Assembly: GCF_001194135.2 (NCBI RefSeq)
Contig: NC_068993.1
Location: forward strand, 35,014,667 to 35,078,666
Length of the DNA: 64,000 bases
Source of the DNA: Octopus bimaculoides
Taxonomy: Eukaryota
Direction: 5' to 3'
This document shows positions 22,534 to 35,757 of this stretch, in pieces. The translations under genes were made by a program, and so were the position numbers. Each line of letters begins with the position of its first letter. Position 1 is the first letter of the stretch. Below the pieces are notes generated by a model. That model was given only the letters and a program-made list of their open reading frames with translations, did no database searches and had not been told where the DNA came from.

Positions 22534-24596
22534 NNNNNNNNNNNNNNNNNNNNNNNNNNNNNNNNNNNNNNNNNNNNNNNNNNNNNNNNNNNNNNNNNNN
22601 NNNNNNNNNNNNNNNNNNNNNNNNNNNNNNNNNNNNNNNNNNNNNNNNNNNNNNNNNNNNNNNNNNNNNNNNNNNNNNNNNNNNNNNNNNNNNNNNNNNN
22701 NNNNNNNNNNNNNNNNNNNNNNNNNNNNNNNNNNNNNNNNNNNNNNNNNNNNNNNNNNNNNNNNNNNNNNNNNNNNNNNNNNNNNNNNNNNNNNNNNNNN
22801 NNNNNNNNNNNNNNNNNNNNNNNNNNNNATATATACACATAATACACACACATATACATATAAATATAAAAATCAAGTTGAAAATTAAGTTGCTAAACAT
22901 ATGAATATTTCCCATTAATCTCTGAAGAGAATAAACCATTCCTTGAAATTTCTTGTAAGGTTCTTCTGCAATAAAACATTCGGCTATTCCAGAAAGGGAT
23001 TATTACTTCAAGAATTACCAATATTTTTTTTCATTTCCCATGATATATTTGTTTAATTTTGTCTCAGAACATAAGTAAGATTATGACACAGTAGATGACA
23101 GCTTGATTTAATCAGCAGGAAGTTATGTGTCTTCAGCATGGAAGGGAAAAATATATATATTAGGTGGGTTAGTAATAGAAAATATTGGTGCTGACAGAAA
23201 GACGATAAACAGAAAGACAAAAAAATTGGATTTCAGATTATAAAAATAAAATTGTTATCGAATGGAAGAGTGATAAATACAAGGGAGATAATAAATAAAC
23301 CATGTGAGTTAAGCAAAGTAACCTTTGACAGCATGCAATTTCCTCTAAGAATTATGGGTATATGGATAAGACATTTTACATTTGATCAATGTTATGTATG
23401 TTATATGAATATTAAGCAAAGATTATATTTGGGATGGAATATTTTCTACATAAATCAAACTTACATATATTCCTCATATGTTTTTGAGATTTAAGAGTAG
23501 CAAGTTTCCAGACATCAAATAGAGCTCAACTAAATGATTAACAATATTTAGTTCCATTCGATCTTATTCTGTTCTGAGATCACATGTTAATGTGATTTAC
23601 TCATCTTTGTGGAATTCATAAAGCAAGTACCAATTTTTCTATTACAGTTATGCTAAACATAAGAACATGCCAATGAAAAACACTTTATGTTGCTACGTGA
23701 CATGTTGGAAATAGCAGCAAAATCTCCTTTAAATTACATTCTACAGCTTTTAAAATGAAAGAACATGTTCAATGATTTGATCTTAAAATGCACTCAGGAA
23801 AAAAGAAGGAAAGGATACATCATGGCTTGGATGTTGGTTTTTCTTTATCAGAGTTGGCCATGGGTTTTAAAAATCACAGACAAGGAAGGAAAGATGTCTT
23901 TAAATGACCTGAAGATGGAAATGTTCCAGCCAGACACTATTTATAGTCAGATTTATTTATGGTGGACATGATTAACTTTATGATAAATTGACATCTCAGA
24001 CTTTAACCCTCACTTTGATCTCAGCTGAAATTGTAAATCACAGATGAAAGCAGAAACAGTGAGAGATTGTGATTAGATTAATGAAGAAATGGAGAAGGAG
24101 GTAGAACGTCAGTCAATGACAAGTGCATGTTTACGAGCAGTGTGAAGGAATAAGGTATGTGAAACAACCAATTATATAGGACATGTTACAAATAGGCATT
24201 AAAGAACTAAGAAAATAACTCCTCTGACAGATGGAGTTGACTGCTTGGGAGAGGGGAAAGCTATAGCTGTGCAAAGAGAGAGAGAAAGGGGGAGAGAGAG
24301 AAAGGGGGAGAGAGGGGGAGAGGGAGAGAGTAATGGGAAGTGGGAGAGAGAGAAAGGAGAAGAGGGAGAGAGATTATTATAGAGAAAGGCATTGATTAAG
24401 TACTGAACACTGGATAAACTTGTTATTAATTAGCTGAAGAAAGAAACCTATTGAACTGACTAATGCAAAATTTGCACAGAATCTAATGTTAAGATGTCCA
24501 CAAATCTAAATGGTACATTGTATTGTATTTCATGCATTGTACTCCATGCAATGTAGTTTATGCACTGTACTCCATGTATTGTACTTCATGTAGAGA

Positions 24597-25065
24597 CACA
24601 TAGCTTGGTGGTTAGGGTGTTGTACTCATTTTTGTAAGATTGTGGTTTTGATTCTTTGACCGGGTGATGTGTCGTGTTCTTGAGCAAAACACTTCATTTC
24701 ACATTCCTGCAACCCACAGAGTTGGCAAAAATGAGTAATTCTGCAATGAATCAGCAACCAATCTTGTGGAAATATATATGAGGAGGTGCTGAAAAGATCC
24801 AGGCTGTGGCTAAAAGAAAATACTGGAGGATTAGTTAATTATGCTTTTGCTCAACATATTCCTCTCTCAGATTCGCACACATATTGCTGGAGTCCTTCAG
24901 ATTTTCTAAGCGCCATAAAAGAACTCGAAAGATTGGGCCCCCTACCAGGCCTTTCACAATACCCTTACATCCAGGAACTTTTCAGCACCCCCTTGAATGC
25001 CCTAGAATCCAGGAAGCCAACCTTACGAATCTACAGTTTGGGAAGGATCCTTGATCCTCCTTTCT
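24597..25065 (+). mobile_element. SINE family D interrupted by a mariner MITE
   Basis: TAGCTTGGTGGTTAGGGTG head and GTGTTCTTGAGCAAAACACTTCATTTCAC; sequence presumed to be its tail resumes after 24995. Confidence 0.7.
24779..24995. mobile_element. Mariner-derived MITE
   Basis: TIRs TGAGGAGGTGCTGAAAAGATCCAGG / CCAGGAACTTTTCAGCACCCCCTT; inserted at TA; ~217 bp. Confidence 0.85.
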
Positions 25066-25419
25066 TGTTTTTGTACTTCATACAGTTTATTTCATGTATT
25101 GTACTTCATCCAATGTATTTCATGTATTGAACTTCATGTATTGTACTTCATGTATTGTACTTCATGTATAGTACTTATATAGCTCTCTTTGATACACTGG
25201 CAGAGAGAGAGAGAGAGAGAGAGAGGGAGGGAAGTGTGTGTATGTGTGTGATTTGAGTATGATACAGCTGTTATTTCTAGCATCTGTTTCCCTTGGCTAG
25301 ATATTATTCTACTGGTTTGAAATGAAGGACACCACTTGCATGATGCTGACACTTGCTTATAAATATCACATCATATCAAGACAAGGAGACACAGAACCAC
25401 ATCCATACACACATTCAAT

Positions 25420-25545
25420 GAACTTCTTTCAGTTCCGCTCAAGTGAATTCACTCATATATCTTTGGTCAGCTCAAGACTATAACAGAAACCAAGGTAACA
25501 CTCACTGAGACTGAATAGGAACCATGTGATTGGGATGTAAATTTG
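25420..25545 (-). mobile_element. SINE family B, degenerate 5' part
   Basis: CTTCTTTCAGTTCC...CACTCA...CTTTGGTCAGCTCAAG...GGAACCATGTG. Confidence 0.6.
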
Positions 25546-26110
25546 TAGTTTTAAATAATTAAAACCTAAATAACTGATCAGATATTAAATTTTAGTATTT
25601 TAATTATGTGGTGTTTATGTGTGTGTCTAATAGAATAAAAACATATTGCAAATTTTAGGTTATGCAATAAAATTCTTTCCATAATATTTAGCATGAATTT
25701 GGATCTTATGCAAAATATATATCCAAAGTCATGTGATTTTTTTCATTTTCTGTTATGTTTGAAATTAGACTATTAAAGCAATCTTGGTTATTAACACCAA
25801 ATAATTAACTATAAATTATTTGCTGCTATACCTGATAGAGCATTTTGGAGATTTAATCTGTGATCAATTTTTATCTTTAGGCTAATTAAATTACTCTGTG
25901 CTCAGTTTACCAAAGAGAAAACACTATAAACTTCCATTTCATGGCTAAGTTGTTCTTGTTAGAAAACGTACGTATCCAGTTATAAAGAAATGAAGAAAGA
26001 AAAGAAAGAAAGGAAAAATTCCCCAGTTTCTGCAAGCATTCTTGTTTGCAAAACATTACATATAGAATTTGGTCATAGATTGAAAGCAATTTCTCTGAAG
26101 AAATCTTAAC

Positions 26111-26125
26111 CTCTATTATTGTTAG
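26111..26125 (-). CDS. Candidate 15-nt microexon (LTIIE, or xNNNR in phase 1)
   Basis: Long polypyrimidine tract tttttcgtttttccttttctctttttag and donor GAG|gttaag; frame-preserving length. Confidence 0.3.
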
Positions 26126-27054
26126 CTAAAAAGAGAAAAGGAAAAACGAAAAAAATATTCTAAAACACCCTTCTTAATAGTTCTTAAAAGTCCCCAAGAC
26201 AACTGGGAAATTGTATTTCAAACACGATATTACCATCTTGTTATATATTTTATGGGGAAAATGTAGAAAATGTGCGGAGGTCATTGAAAAATATTGCTAA
26301 TAGTATTAAAGAAACTGTTATATGAAGACTTGACCTGAGGAAATTGATTTTCATACATGGCTTCGTAAACAGATGAGGAAGAATATGATATTTAATTATA
26401 AGGTAATAATATCCAAAGTCAATCTTATCAAATATGAATGTCTCAGGATTCCATCAGTCACAATTGAAAGTTGATATATGTAAGTTTTTTGGCATAGTAT
26501 AATAATTTCAAAGTAATGAGCATTGTCATGATGTCAGCAATTATTTAGCCATTGCTTGGATCAAACTGATAAATGATAATTGAGTTGTTGAGACACTGAT
26601 GAAGACTTCAAACTCTATTTAGTGATTCAAGGGAATAATGTCTTTAGATCAATCATCAACATCACAAATTATCCCTTTTCCTCTCTTTAAATATAAAAGA
26701 CTTTGTACCTAAAATGTTGCATTCTAAGGTGGATGTGTGGTGGCATTTTGAGTCTACAGGTGCCTCACCATATCCTCTTTTACTACTTTTTCAAGAAACT
26801 CTTAAATTGCACACCCACATATCTTTCCATTCTTTTATACTTTTGTAATAATCTAGATGTGAAATGATCAGGTAAATGTAATTCTGCACTCTGAAACACA
26901 TAGGTTTTCATTATAAATTCATTGTATATAATGCATTGTATAGTTCTGGCTTGGACATTTGACTCAGCCCCAATTTACCCATTTTCCTCTTTTTCTTCTT
27001 TTTTATGGTTTTCATTAGAAAGCAAGAACTGAGCCCATAATCTTTGCAAGAAAC

Positions 27055-27117
27055 CTTAAAAATGGTAATATGAGATCCAAGCATTCCCCCTACAGTTCCA
27101 ATAGTTGTAAGTTGACA
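27055..27117 (-). CDS. Candidate 63-nt exon (CQLTTIGTVGGMLGSHITIFK)
   Basis: Acceptor ttttcttcctctgtattttctacaag, donor AAG|gtttct; lies within ORF-track 26911-27162; only phase 0 is open. Confidence 0.3.
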
Positions 27118-27583
27118 CTTGTAGAAAATACAGAGGAAGAAAAGCAATTGCAGAGTTGACATTCTGGAAAGGAAAAACTAAACATAGTGGTTAGCTGAAG
27201 ACTGGAAAGAGAAACACAAAATGAATGATGAGAGGAGAGGAGAGAGGAAAGGAGAGCAGAAGGGTGCATGTATGGGTACACATTTGTGTTGTTTGTGTGT
27301 TTATAGTTGTGCTTTACAAAAGTTATGAGCTGCTTGCAGTGTTTTTCTTCTTATTTTCTCCTAGCAATAAACCATCCATTGGCTTTGTATCTTTCATGAT
27401 GTGTGTAATTACATGAAAATGAGTAAGGGTTAGCAACAAGAAGGCATCTTGATAATATATTTGTCTAAACTTTACTTGCTTAGAAAAGGGAATACAAAAT
27501 GAAAGAATATCTATCTATCTATCTATCTATCTGTCTGTCTGTCTGTCTGTCTGTCTGTCCATATGCNNNNNNNNNNNNNNNNN

Positions 27584-27631
<48 letters not shown>

Positions 27632-28094
27632 TAAATACATACACATTCACAAACACACACACACACAAATGACAGCCCCACTTTAGTGGAAGCTATGTAT
27701 CTGTCAAGCAATTTAAACTGGCTAAAGGTAATTTGTTTTGTTACAAAAATGCTTGATGATTTGATGATGTATTCTAATTGTAAAGTATTATATTGCTTAA
27801 CCAATATTTTCATTAATGGAATATATATAAAACTGTATTGATAAACATGAAAAGTTGTCTACATTTTCGCTTCTCTATATATATGTACTCTGTGTTCAAA
27901 TTTCAATGGATAATTACTGCAGAATATCAAGAGAAAAAAATTGCCTTTTATTAATGAATGAATCTTTCAAACTTTCGTTTAGTATATGGAGTTACAAGCA
28001 TTGGTTAACTGTCATGCACTGAATACTGTACTACACAAACATATGTAGCCTGAATTTTACCTGTTCCACTCCCTCAGTTTGGATTTAAATATTG

Positions 28095-29125
28095 TTATCA
28101 TGATGAGGATAATCATCCTTTAGCATCTGCATTCTATGCTGGCATGGGTTAGACAGTTTGACTGAAACTGGTAAACTGGAAAGCTCTACCAAGTTCCAGT
28201 CTGATTTGGCATGGTTTCTATGGCTGTAAGTTCTTCCTAATGCTAACCACTCCAAGAGTGTAATGGATGCCTTTTACATGCCATCAGTATGGGTCCCAGT
28301 TATGTGACACCAGCATTGGCAATGACTACGATTTCACTTGGCTTGATGAGTCTTCTCATGCAAGGCATACCACTAACAGTATCAGTCACTAACAGTATCA
28401 CGAGGCCCAATGTTTGAAGGGTGCCTTTTATATGCCACCTGCATGGGTGCCAGTTATGTAACACTGGCATCGACCATGACAACAATTTAACTTGGCTTGA
28501 CAGGAACAGTCTTGGTCACTTGTCATCACCTTCATGAGGCCCAACATTTGGAGGGTGCTTTTTACATGCCACCGACATGGATGCCCGTAATGTGACATTG
28601 GCATCGACCATGACTATGATTCCACTTGGATTGACAGGTCTTCTCAAGCACAGCATATCACCAAAGGTCTCTGTCAATGTCATTGCCTCTGTGAGGCCCA
28701 GTATTCGAAGATCATGCTTCATCACCTTGTTCCATGTCTTCCTGGGTCTACCTCTTTCACAGGTTCCCTCAACACTTTGAGATCAGCACTTCTTTACACT
28801 GCAGTCTTCATCAATATGCATCACATGACCATATCACTACAGCCGTCTCTCTTGCACACCACATCTGATGCCTCTTATGCCCAACTTTTCTCTCAAGACG
28901 CTTGTATTCTGTTGTACATGCACACTGGTCATTGCACATCCAGGAAAGCATACTAGCTTCATTTGTTTCAGACCTATGCATGTTCTCAGCAGTCCCAGCC
29001 CATGTTTTACTGCCATGTAGCATGGCTGTTCACCCACAGGCATCTTACAATCTACCTTTCACTTTGGAAGAGAGGCCTTTAATTACCAACAGGTGTAGGA
29101 ATTCTCTGAACTTTGCCCAGCTTAT
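28095..29125 (-). mobile_element. RTE-clade LINE 3' fragment with duplicated 3' UTR units
   Basis: WAKFREFL, MLHGSKTW, LREKLGIRGIRCGVQERRL*WYGHV, GRPRKTW; 3' UTR homologous to the other RTE tails. Confidence 0.85.
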
Positions 29126-29139
29126 TCTTATTCTAGTAG

Positions 29140-29178
<39 letters not shown>

Positions 29179-29929
29179 TATAATTTTAACAAGGTTACCA
29201 CTGGTTTCATGTAGAGAGAAATATCTCAGTAATTATCAAGCATGTCACAAACGTTGCCATGTGGTAGGCAGCTTGATAATTGTTGGGAGATTTCTCTCTC
29301 ATGAAACCGTTGGTAGCCTTGTCAACTCACAAATAAAGTGTGTGTGTGTGTGTGTGTGTATACACTCATATTTACTTTTATTGCATATTATTTTTTCTGT
29401 ATTATTATATTATTGTTTCATATTACTACTACTGCTAGAACTACTACCACTACTACTACTATATTATTATCATTATATATTCTTTAAATTTCATTATCAA
29501 ATATAATATAAGTAATGCTGTCAAAGTTAAAAAAAGAATACAGCAATAAACAGATTTGACCAGAAATGATTATGGAACAAAAGCAAGAAACAAAACTGTT
29601 TCTCCAGTGTAATAAGGAATTGTAATTTATTATTCATGATATAACCCCAGGGCAAGAGTAGTTAAAGACAACAGCACCTGTTAATCTGTCTAGGTGATGT
29701 GAATTATTTCAGGTGCTACTGGAAGAGAAATTTATACTAGTGCAGAATAAGTTATTGTATAAAAACAGACAGTTGCATCAAATAAATATGAATATTTCAT
29801 GCAATACTTCTAAAACAGATGCACATTTGCACATGTAAAAATCAATATGCTGACATAGATCCTACCAAATGTTTCATAATGCATGTGCATTAAAATATAT
29901 GTATATAATCAATGCTTTGCTTATATATT

Positions 29930-30265
29930 TGTGTGTACATATGTATTTATGTGTTGCATATGAATGTGTGTACATATGTATTTATGTGTTGCATATGAAT
30001 GTGTGTGCACTTTAAGTGCATTTCTGTGTTTTATATATGTATAGGTATATGCATGTGTGTATGTTTATATGTATACATTCATAATGTCCATTAGTATGCA
30101 TGTTTGTATGTATGCATGTATATGTATATGTATATAAATGTATGTATACATATATATAGATATGCATGTAGTATATATGTACTTGTATGCAGTAGTGAGT
30201 GTGTTTGCAAGTATGGATATACATATATATGTATATAATGTGCATGTATGTGTGTTCATACTTTA
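29930..30265. repeat. TA/TG-rich low complexity with a 35-bp tandem duplication (~29932-30004)
   Basis: GTGTGTACATATGTATTTATGTGTTGCATATGAAT occurs twice in tandem. Confidence 0.8.
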
Positions 30266-30329
30266 TGCTTTTCATGTTCAATGGTATTTCTCTTTATATA
30301 AATTTACATATATAAACCAATTTATACAC

Positions 30330-32050
30330 AAATATCCAGTAGCATGCAATTCAGTATGCATAGCACACCACTCCACCATGCCATGGTTCTATTGCCTAAT
30401 TAAAATACTCAAGGACACCAGTGACCTGAGGCAGCTCAATGTATGCCTGATCATTGATAGCACAAAATTTCCACTCCAGAAGATGGAATGGCTCTTTGCA
30501 TGGTTATTCAAACCTCTGCTACTGCACATACCAGCACATATAGTAAACAGGTGACAACTTGTTGAACTCCTCCATAAGCTTCCACTGGAAACCATCTCAC
30601 AGCAACTACACTCTCAGCCTAGATGTATAGTCCATTTATACAAGCACACCACTGGATGATGCCATACAAACCATTGAGGAATGCTTAGAAAGTGGCTAGA
30701 AGCTGTCAGCAGAAGTCTCATCAATGAACCTCAGATTCATCTTTGAATTATGCATCACCAACACCTACTTCCAGTACAAAAACACCACTTATCGGCAATG
30801 CAGCAGTCTCCCAATGGGGTCAGATTCAGGAAAATCCTGGACATCCTTATCGTGGATGACAAGAAATGCAAGCTCCTCCATGCAAGATGGCACATTGCAT
30901 TATAGTGGAGATACATTGATGACACCTTTGTCCTAACCCATTCCAGAGATGAGGTGACCAAGGTCCAAAATATCTTCAACAGCTTCCACTGCAAGGTCCA
31001 GTTCGACACAGAACATCTAGCCACAAATGGCTCACTAAGTTTCTTGGATTTCAATGTCTACTTTGCCTTGGGGCAGGCAACAATCCAATTCTTTGAGAAG
31101 GAGGTTAAGAGAGTTATCCAAAGGCATTGAAGTACAACATAGTCTTTAACATACTCAACTGTCACTTTAGCAGGTATGATGTGGCCTAAAACGAGAACTC
31201 ACTGTGGAAAAATTTTGCTAAGATGTTGTATCTAAGAGGATACAGGCCACATTTCAAAGAGAAAGTGTGCAACACACATAGCACATGAGCATGAGGACAT
31301 CCCAAGGGGACCGTCCACAAGGCCAAATGGAACAGGAAAATTCACAACAGTGACAGCTGATATCACAGTCAATATCACAGATCACAGACTTGCCTGCTAT
31401 CAAATCCCGGCCTCATATGGACACATAATAGCCAATGCCATGAACGGTCAATGAGCTGGTGATGAAAACAACCTCTAAAGCAACCACTACAACAACTGTG
31501 ACAACAAGGTCAATGAGCTAGTGACAACAACTGCAACAACTGCAGTGACCACAGCAATAACAACAATGGTGACAAGGCTGGTGACAACAACCACAGTGAC
31601 TACAGCAGCAACAATATCAACTACAGCAGCAACAATGGCAGCAACAATAGTAACAACAGCACCAACAACAATATCAATAGTGACAGCAATGACAATGACC
31701 AGACTGGTGCCACAGAGGTGGAACCATAAAGACCCAAAGGAGTTGCAAGATTGATAACAAGGAGAAGAATGACAGAGAGCAGACCAGTAGAAGGAAGAAA
31801 CAGGAGAAGAGTAAACACTGGGGTCTGTTAGTCTACCACATTAGAGAGAAATGGTAGAGAACAAATTAAAAAGTAGCATCAAGAGATCTGGCCTCCTTGT
31901 TAGAATCACAAGACAGGGCCATATGCTCACACACTCCCTCTCATATACCAGAAAGAAATGTCCAATCAGCACAATGTAACCTATAGATAATGTCTGGATG
32001 TGTTTTAAATACCAAATGCTGTTGTGGGGCAAGATATATAGGATTTACTG
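30330..32050 (+). mobile_element. Penelope-like element, decayed RT plus GIY-YIG
   Basis: SLDV*SIYTSTPLDDAI, NTYFQYKNTTYRQCSSLPMGS, WRYIDDTF, LSFLDF; distal KCCCGARYIGFT (~32005-32047) resembles the GIY-YIG motif. Confidence 0.8.
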
Positions 32051-32409
32051 ATTTAACTACCTGCACCTGCTTTTCTATCTATTTATCTACCTATCAACTT
32101 CTATATCTACTTCCATATTCATAAACATTTTATATATCCTTAATCTTTTGTATCCATGAACTTTCAAAACTTTTCTATCCATAAATCTATTATAGAAAAT
32201 TAAACCTCATCATCCCTCCTTGTACTCTACTTCATTTTATTTTATTTTATTTTTTTTACCCTCCTCCTTTATCTTCCAAACCTCTCCTAATAATGACTTT
32301 ACTCTAACATCTTACTATCTTACTATACTCTAACAATGTTCCAACAGATATACTAACACATGACATCAGGCTTTAGTCCCCTTTTTTGGTCATTGTCCTC
32401 CAGACTATA

Positions 32410-33515
32410 ACAGAGAAATTCAAAACCAGCAGCCTCTAGGAACTACTGTATGCTGAGACAGAAAGTTCCAGATGTAGAAGCAAAACCTGGAATTTAAGGT
32501 TAATTTAACAAAGACTAAGGTCCTAGTAAGCAAGAAAACTGACAGGACCCTATCTGCCTCTGTTCGATTTGTAGGAGAGGTGTAAGCAGGAACTCCATAC
32601 AGTGTACCCAGTAAAAGTGGGTTAACTGGAAGGCTATCAAAGAAGATAGTTTTCATATGTAGGAGATGCACAGGATCCTTGAAAACCTTAGAGACTCAGG
32701 AAATTGATTCTCTCAAATGTCCTGGTGGTTCATTAGAAGTAGTAAATAATTTTTGCTACATAAGGGGCCAAATTAGTAGTGGGGAGGATGCACAGAGAGT
32801 GGACTGGAGAAACGTGAAATGAAGTGTTTTTCTCAAGAACACAAGGTGTCGCCCAGTCCGAAACCACAATCCTACAATCATGGTGCTGACACCCTAACCA
32901 CTAAACCACGAGCCTCCACTAGAATAAGAATAGGATAGAGGAAATTCAGAGAGTTGTTATTTCTGTTGGCCATGAAAGGCTTCTCTCTCCAAGTAGCAGT
33001 AAGACATGGGCCATGAATTCAGGAGACATGTTAAGGTTAGGAAGGAATGAAGCTAGTATGCTTCACTGGATGTGTAATGTAAGTGTACATATTTGACAGA
33101 GTGCCAATGTTCTAAGAGAGATGTTAGGTGTAAGAGGAATTCGTTGCTGTGGTCATGTGATGCTGATGGATGCTGACAGTTCCATAAAGAAGCACTAATC
33201 TCTCAAGGTGGATGGAACATGTTAAGGTGGGAGACTCATGGGTTGAAGTACTGAAAAACGAGCTTAGGAAGCTGAACCTTTCAGGCAAGATGACAAAGGA
33301 CAAAGATACCATGTGAAAGCACCTCTGCGGTACTACATTAAAGCATCCAACACACTCTATAAAAGTGGTTGGTATTGGGAGGGGCATCCAGCCATTGAAA
33401 CAATGCCAAATCAGACTGGAGTCTGGTGCAGCCCATTGGGTCATCAGCTTTGGTCACATCATCCAACCCATGCCAGTATGGAAAGTGGACATTCAATGAT
33501 GATGATGATGATGAT
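32410..33515 (+). mobile_element. RTE-clade LINE 3' part, interrupted by SINE D
   Basis: VNLTKTKVLVS, FICRRCTG, LEVVNNFCYI, RIRIG*RKFREL, CGHVM; tail ...CCAACCCATGCCAGTATGGAAAGTGGAC-(GAT)n. Confidence 0.85.
32797..32919 (-). mobile_element. SINE family D 5' part nested in RTE
   Basis: Reverse complement GTGGAGGCTCGTGGTTTAGTGGTTAGGGTG...GTGTTCTTGAGAAAAACACTTCATTTCAC. Confidence 0.8.
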
Positions 33516-34585
33516 TCTCATGCATGTAGTTAGATATCTAGGCATGATATATATATATATGTATATATGCATATATATGTATATATACATGTATGTATGT
33601 ATGTATACATATATGTATGTATATATATATATGAATGTATATATATATATGNNNNNNNNNNNNNNNNNNNNNNNNNNNNNNNNNNNNNNNNNNNNNNNNN
33701 NNNNNNNNNNNNNNNNNNNNNNNNNNNNNNNNNNNNNNNNNNNNNNNNNNNNNNNNNNNNNNNNNNNNNNNNNNNNNNNNNNNNNNNNNNNNNNNNNNNN
33801 NNNNNNNNNNNNNNNNNNNNNNNNNNNNNNNNNNNNNNNNNNNNNNNNNNNNNNNNNNNNNNNNNNNNNNNNNNNNNNNNNNNNNNNNNNNNNNNNNNNN
33901 NNNNNNNNNNNNNNNNNNNNNNNNNNNNNNNNNNNNNNNNNNNNNNNNNNNNNNNNNNNNNNNNNNNNNNNNNNNNNNNNNNNNNNNNNNNNNNNNNNNN
34001 NNNNNNNNNNNNNNNNNNNNNNNNNNNNNNNNNNNNNNNNNNNNNNNNNNNNNNNNNNNNNNNNNNNNNNNNNNNNNNNNNNNNNNNNNNNNNNNNNNNN
34101 NNNNNNNNNNNNNNNNNNNNNNNNNNNNNNNNNNNNNNNNNNNNNNNNNNNNNNNNNNNNNNNNNNNNNNNNNNNNNNNNNNNNNNNNNNNNNNNNNNNN
34201 NNNNNNNNNNNNNNNNNNNNNNNNNNNNNNNNNNNNNNNNNNNNNNNNNNNNNNNNNNNNNNNNNNNNNNNNNNNNNNNNNNNNNNNNNNNNNNNNNNNN
34301 NNNNNNNNNNNNNNNNNNNNNNNNNNNNNNNNNNNNNNNNNNNNNNNNNNNNNNNNNNNNNNNNNNNNNNNNNNNNNNNNNNNNNNNNNNNNNNNNNNNN
34401 NNNNNNNNNNNNNNNNNNNNNNNNNNNNNNNNNNNNNNNNNNNNNNNNNNNNNNNNNNNNNNNNNNNNNNNNNNNNNNNNNNNNNNNNNNNNNNNNNNNN
34501 NNNNNNNNNNNNNNNNNNNNNNNNNNNNNNNNNNNNNNNNNNNNNNNNNNNNNNNNNNNNNNNNNNNNNNNNNNNNNNNNNNNNN

Positions 34586-34629
<44 letters not shown>

Positions 34630-35330
34630 GAAATGATTGGAATATTGCTGAGTTGCAGATCAATAGAATGTAATCAAGTGAGATAATGGCTGTCTGATAA
34701 AAGCAATAAGAGGATAGGAAAATGAATGAAAGGTCAATATGACTGATAATAACGGAAGTTGAAAGTGTTGGGGAGAAAGTTAAGAATACAAGCAGCATTT
34801 GATATTTTTGGTAAGGAGAAGCAATGATGGTAATTTTGTATTAAATTGGTTCGATTTGATTAGAGATATGACAGTGTTAACTCAAAGTTCAAATAATGTG
34901 ATGGATAACTGTTGACCTGGCACCAATATTGTTATCATTTTTACTTAAGTTCAAAAACTGTATTGGTTATAAGTTTTAACTAGTGAAATGATTAGAAAGA
35001 TAACATACAAAACATTTTGGTATTGAGGTGCGTAAATAATGTGAACTGATTGGAAATGTGGTTGTGTTATTCTTGTGTAAGTTAACGGATGTAATGATTT
35101 TTCATGAAATGCTGAGCATCAAATAATACACAATGTAGAGGCTATTGACAGAAATTATTAAAGCAAGTAAATAAATACTAATTGGCTGGAATCAACATGA
35201 AACCAATAAAAAGCCATGCTTGATCCAATAAGAAAGCTTCTATTTATTTCACTGATTCACTGTAGCAAGAATATTTCTCCACAAACATCTTACCATCTGT
35301 AAACTCAAGTTCATATAGTTTAAGTGTTAA

Positions 35331-35539
35331 CCCGTTAGCATTCAGCTTACTGTGTCAAATGTAAAGCTTATTTATTCACATTATGTTAAATTAATCCTGC
35401 TTTATCTTGTAGCTTTGAAATTTCAATGATGTGATTGTATATTATTGGAAAGACTTTGTGGAGTATGTGTGAGAAGAGAGATCTGGCCAGTTTGAACATA
35501 AAACGGGGGCCAGATATGGGTAGTTTAAATATTAAAGGG
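35331..35539. mobile_element. piggyBac-type MITE
   Basis: TTAA on both sides (35327-35330, 35540-35543); termini CCCGTTAGCATT / AATATTAAAGGG. Confidence 0.8.
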
Positions 35540-35574
35540 TTAAACTTGAGATCAACAAGCTACTTCCAAATATA

Positions 35575-35697
35575 GACAGCTTGCATTTTCTTTTTACTTG
35601 TTTTAGTCATTGGACTGCGGTCATGCTGGAGCATGACAAATACAAACACAGGCACAAAAGACACACTCACACATAAATATGCAATCCCATTCCACAC

Positions 35698-35757
<60 letters not shown>

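Larger units (their letters stand above)
24520..25172. repeat. 14-bp minisatellite (CATGTATTGTACTT)n in two halves, ~24525-24592 and ~25070-25172
   Basis: Same unit on both sides of a SINE+MITE insertion. Confidence 0.75.
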
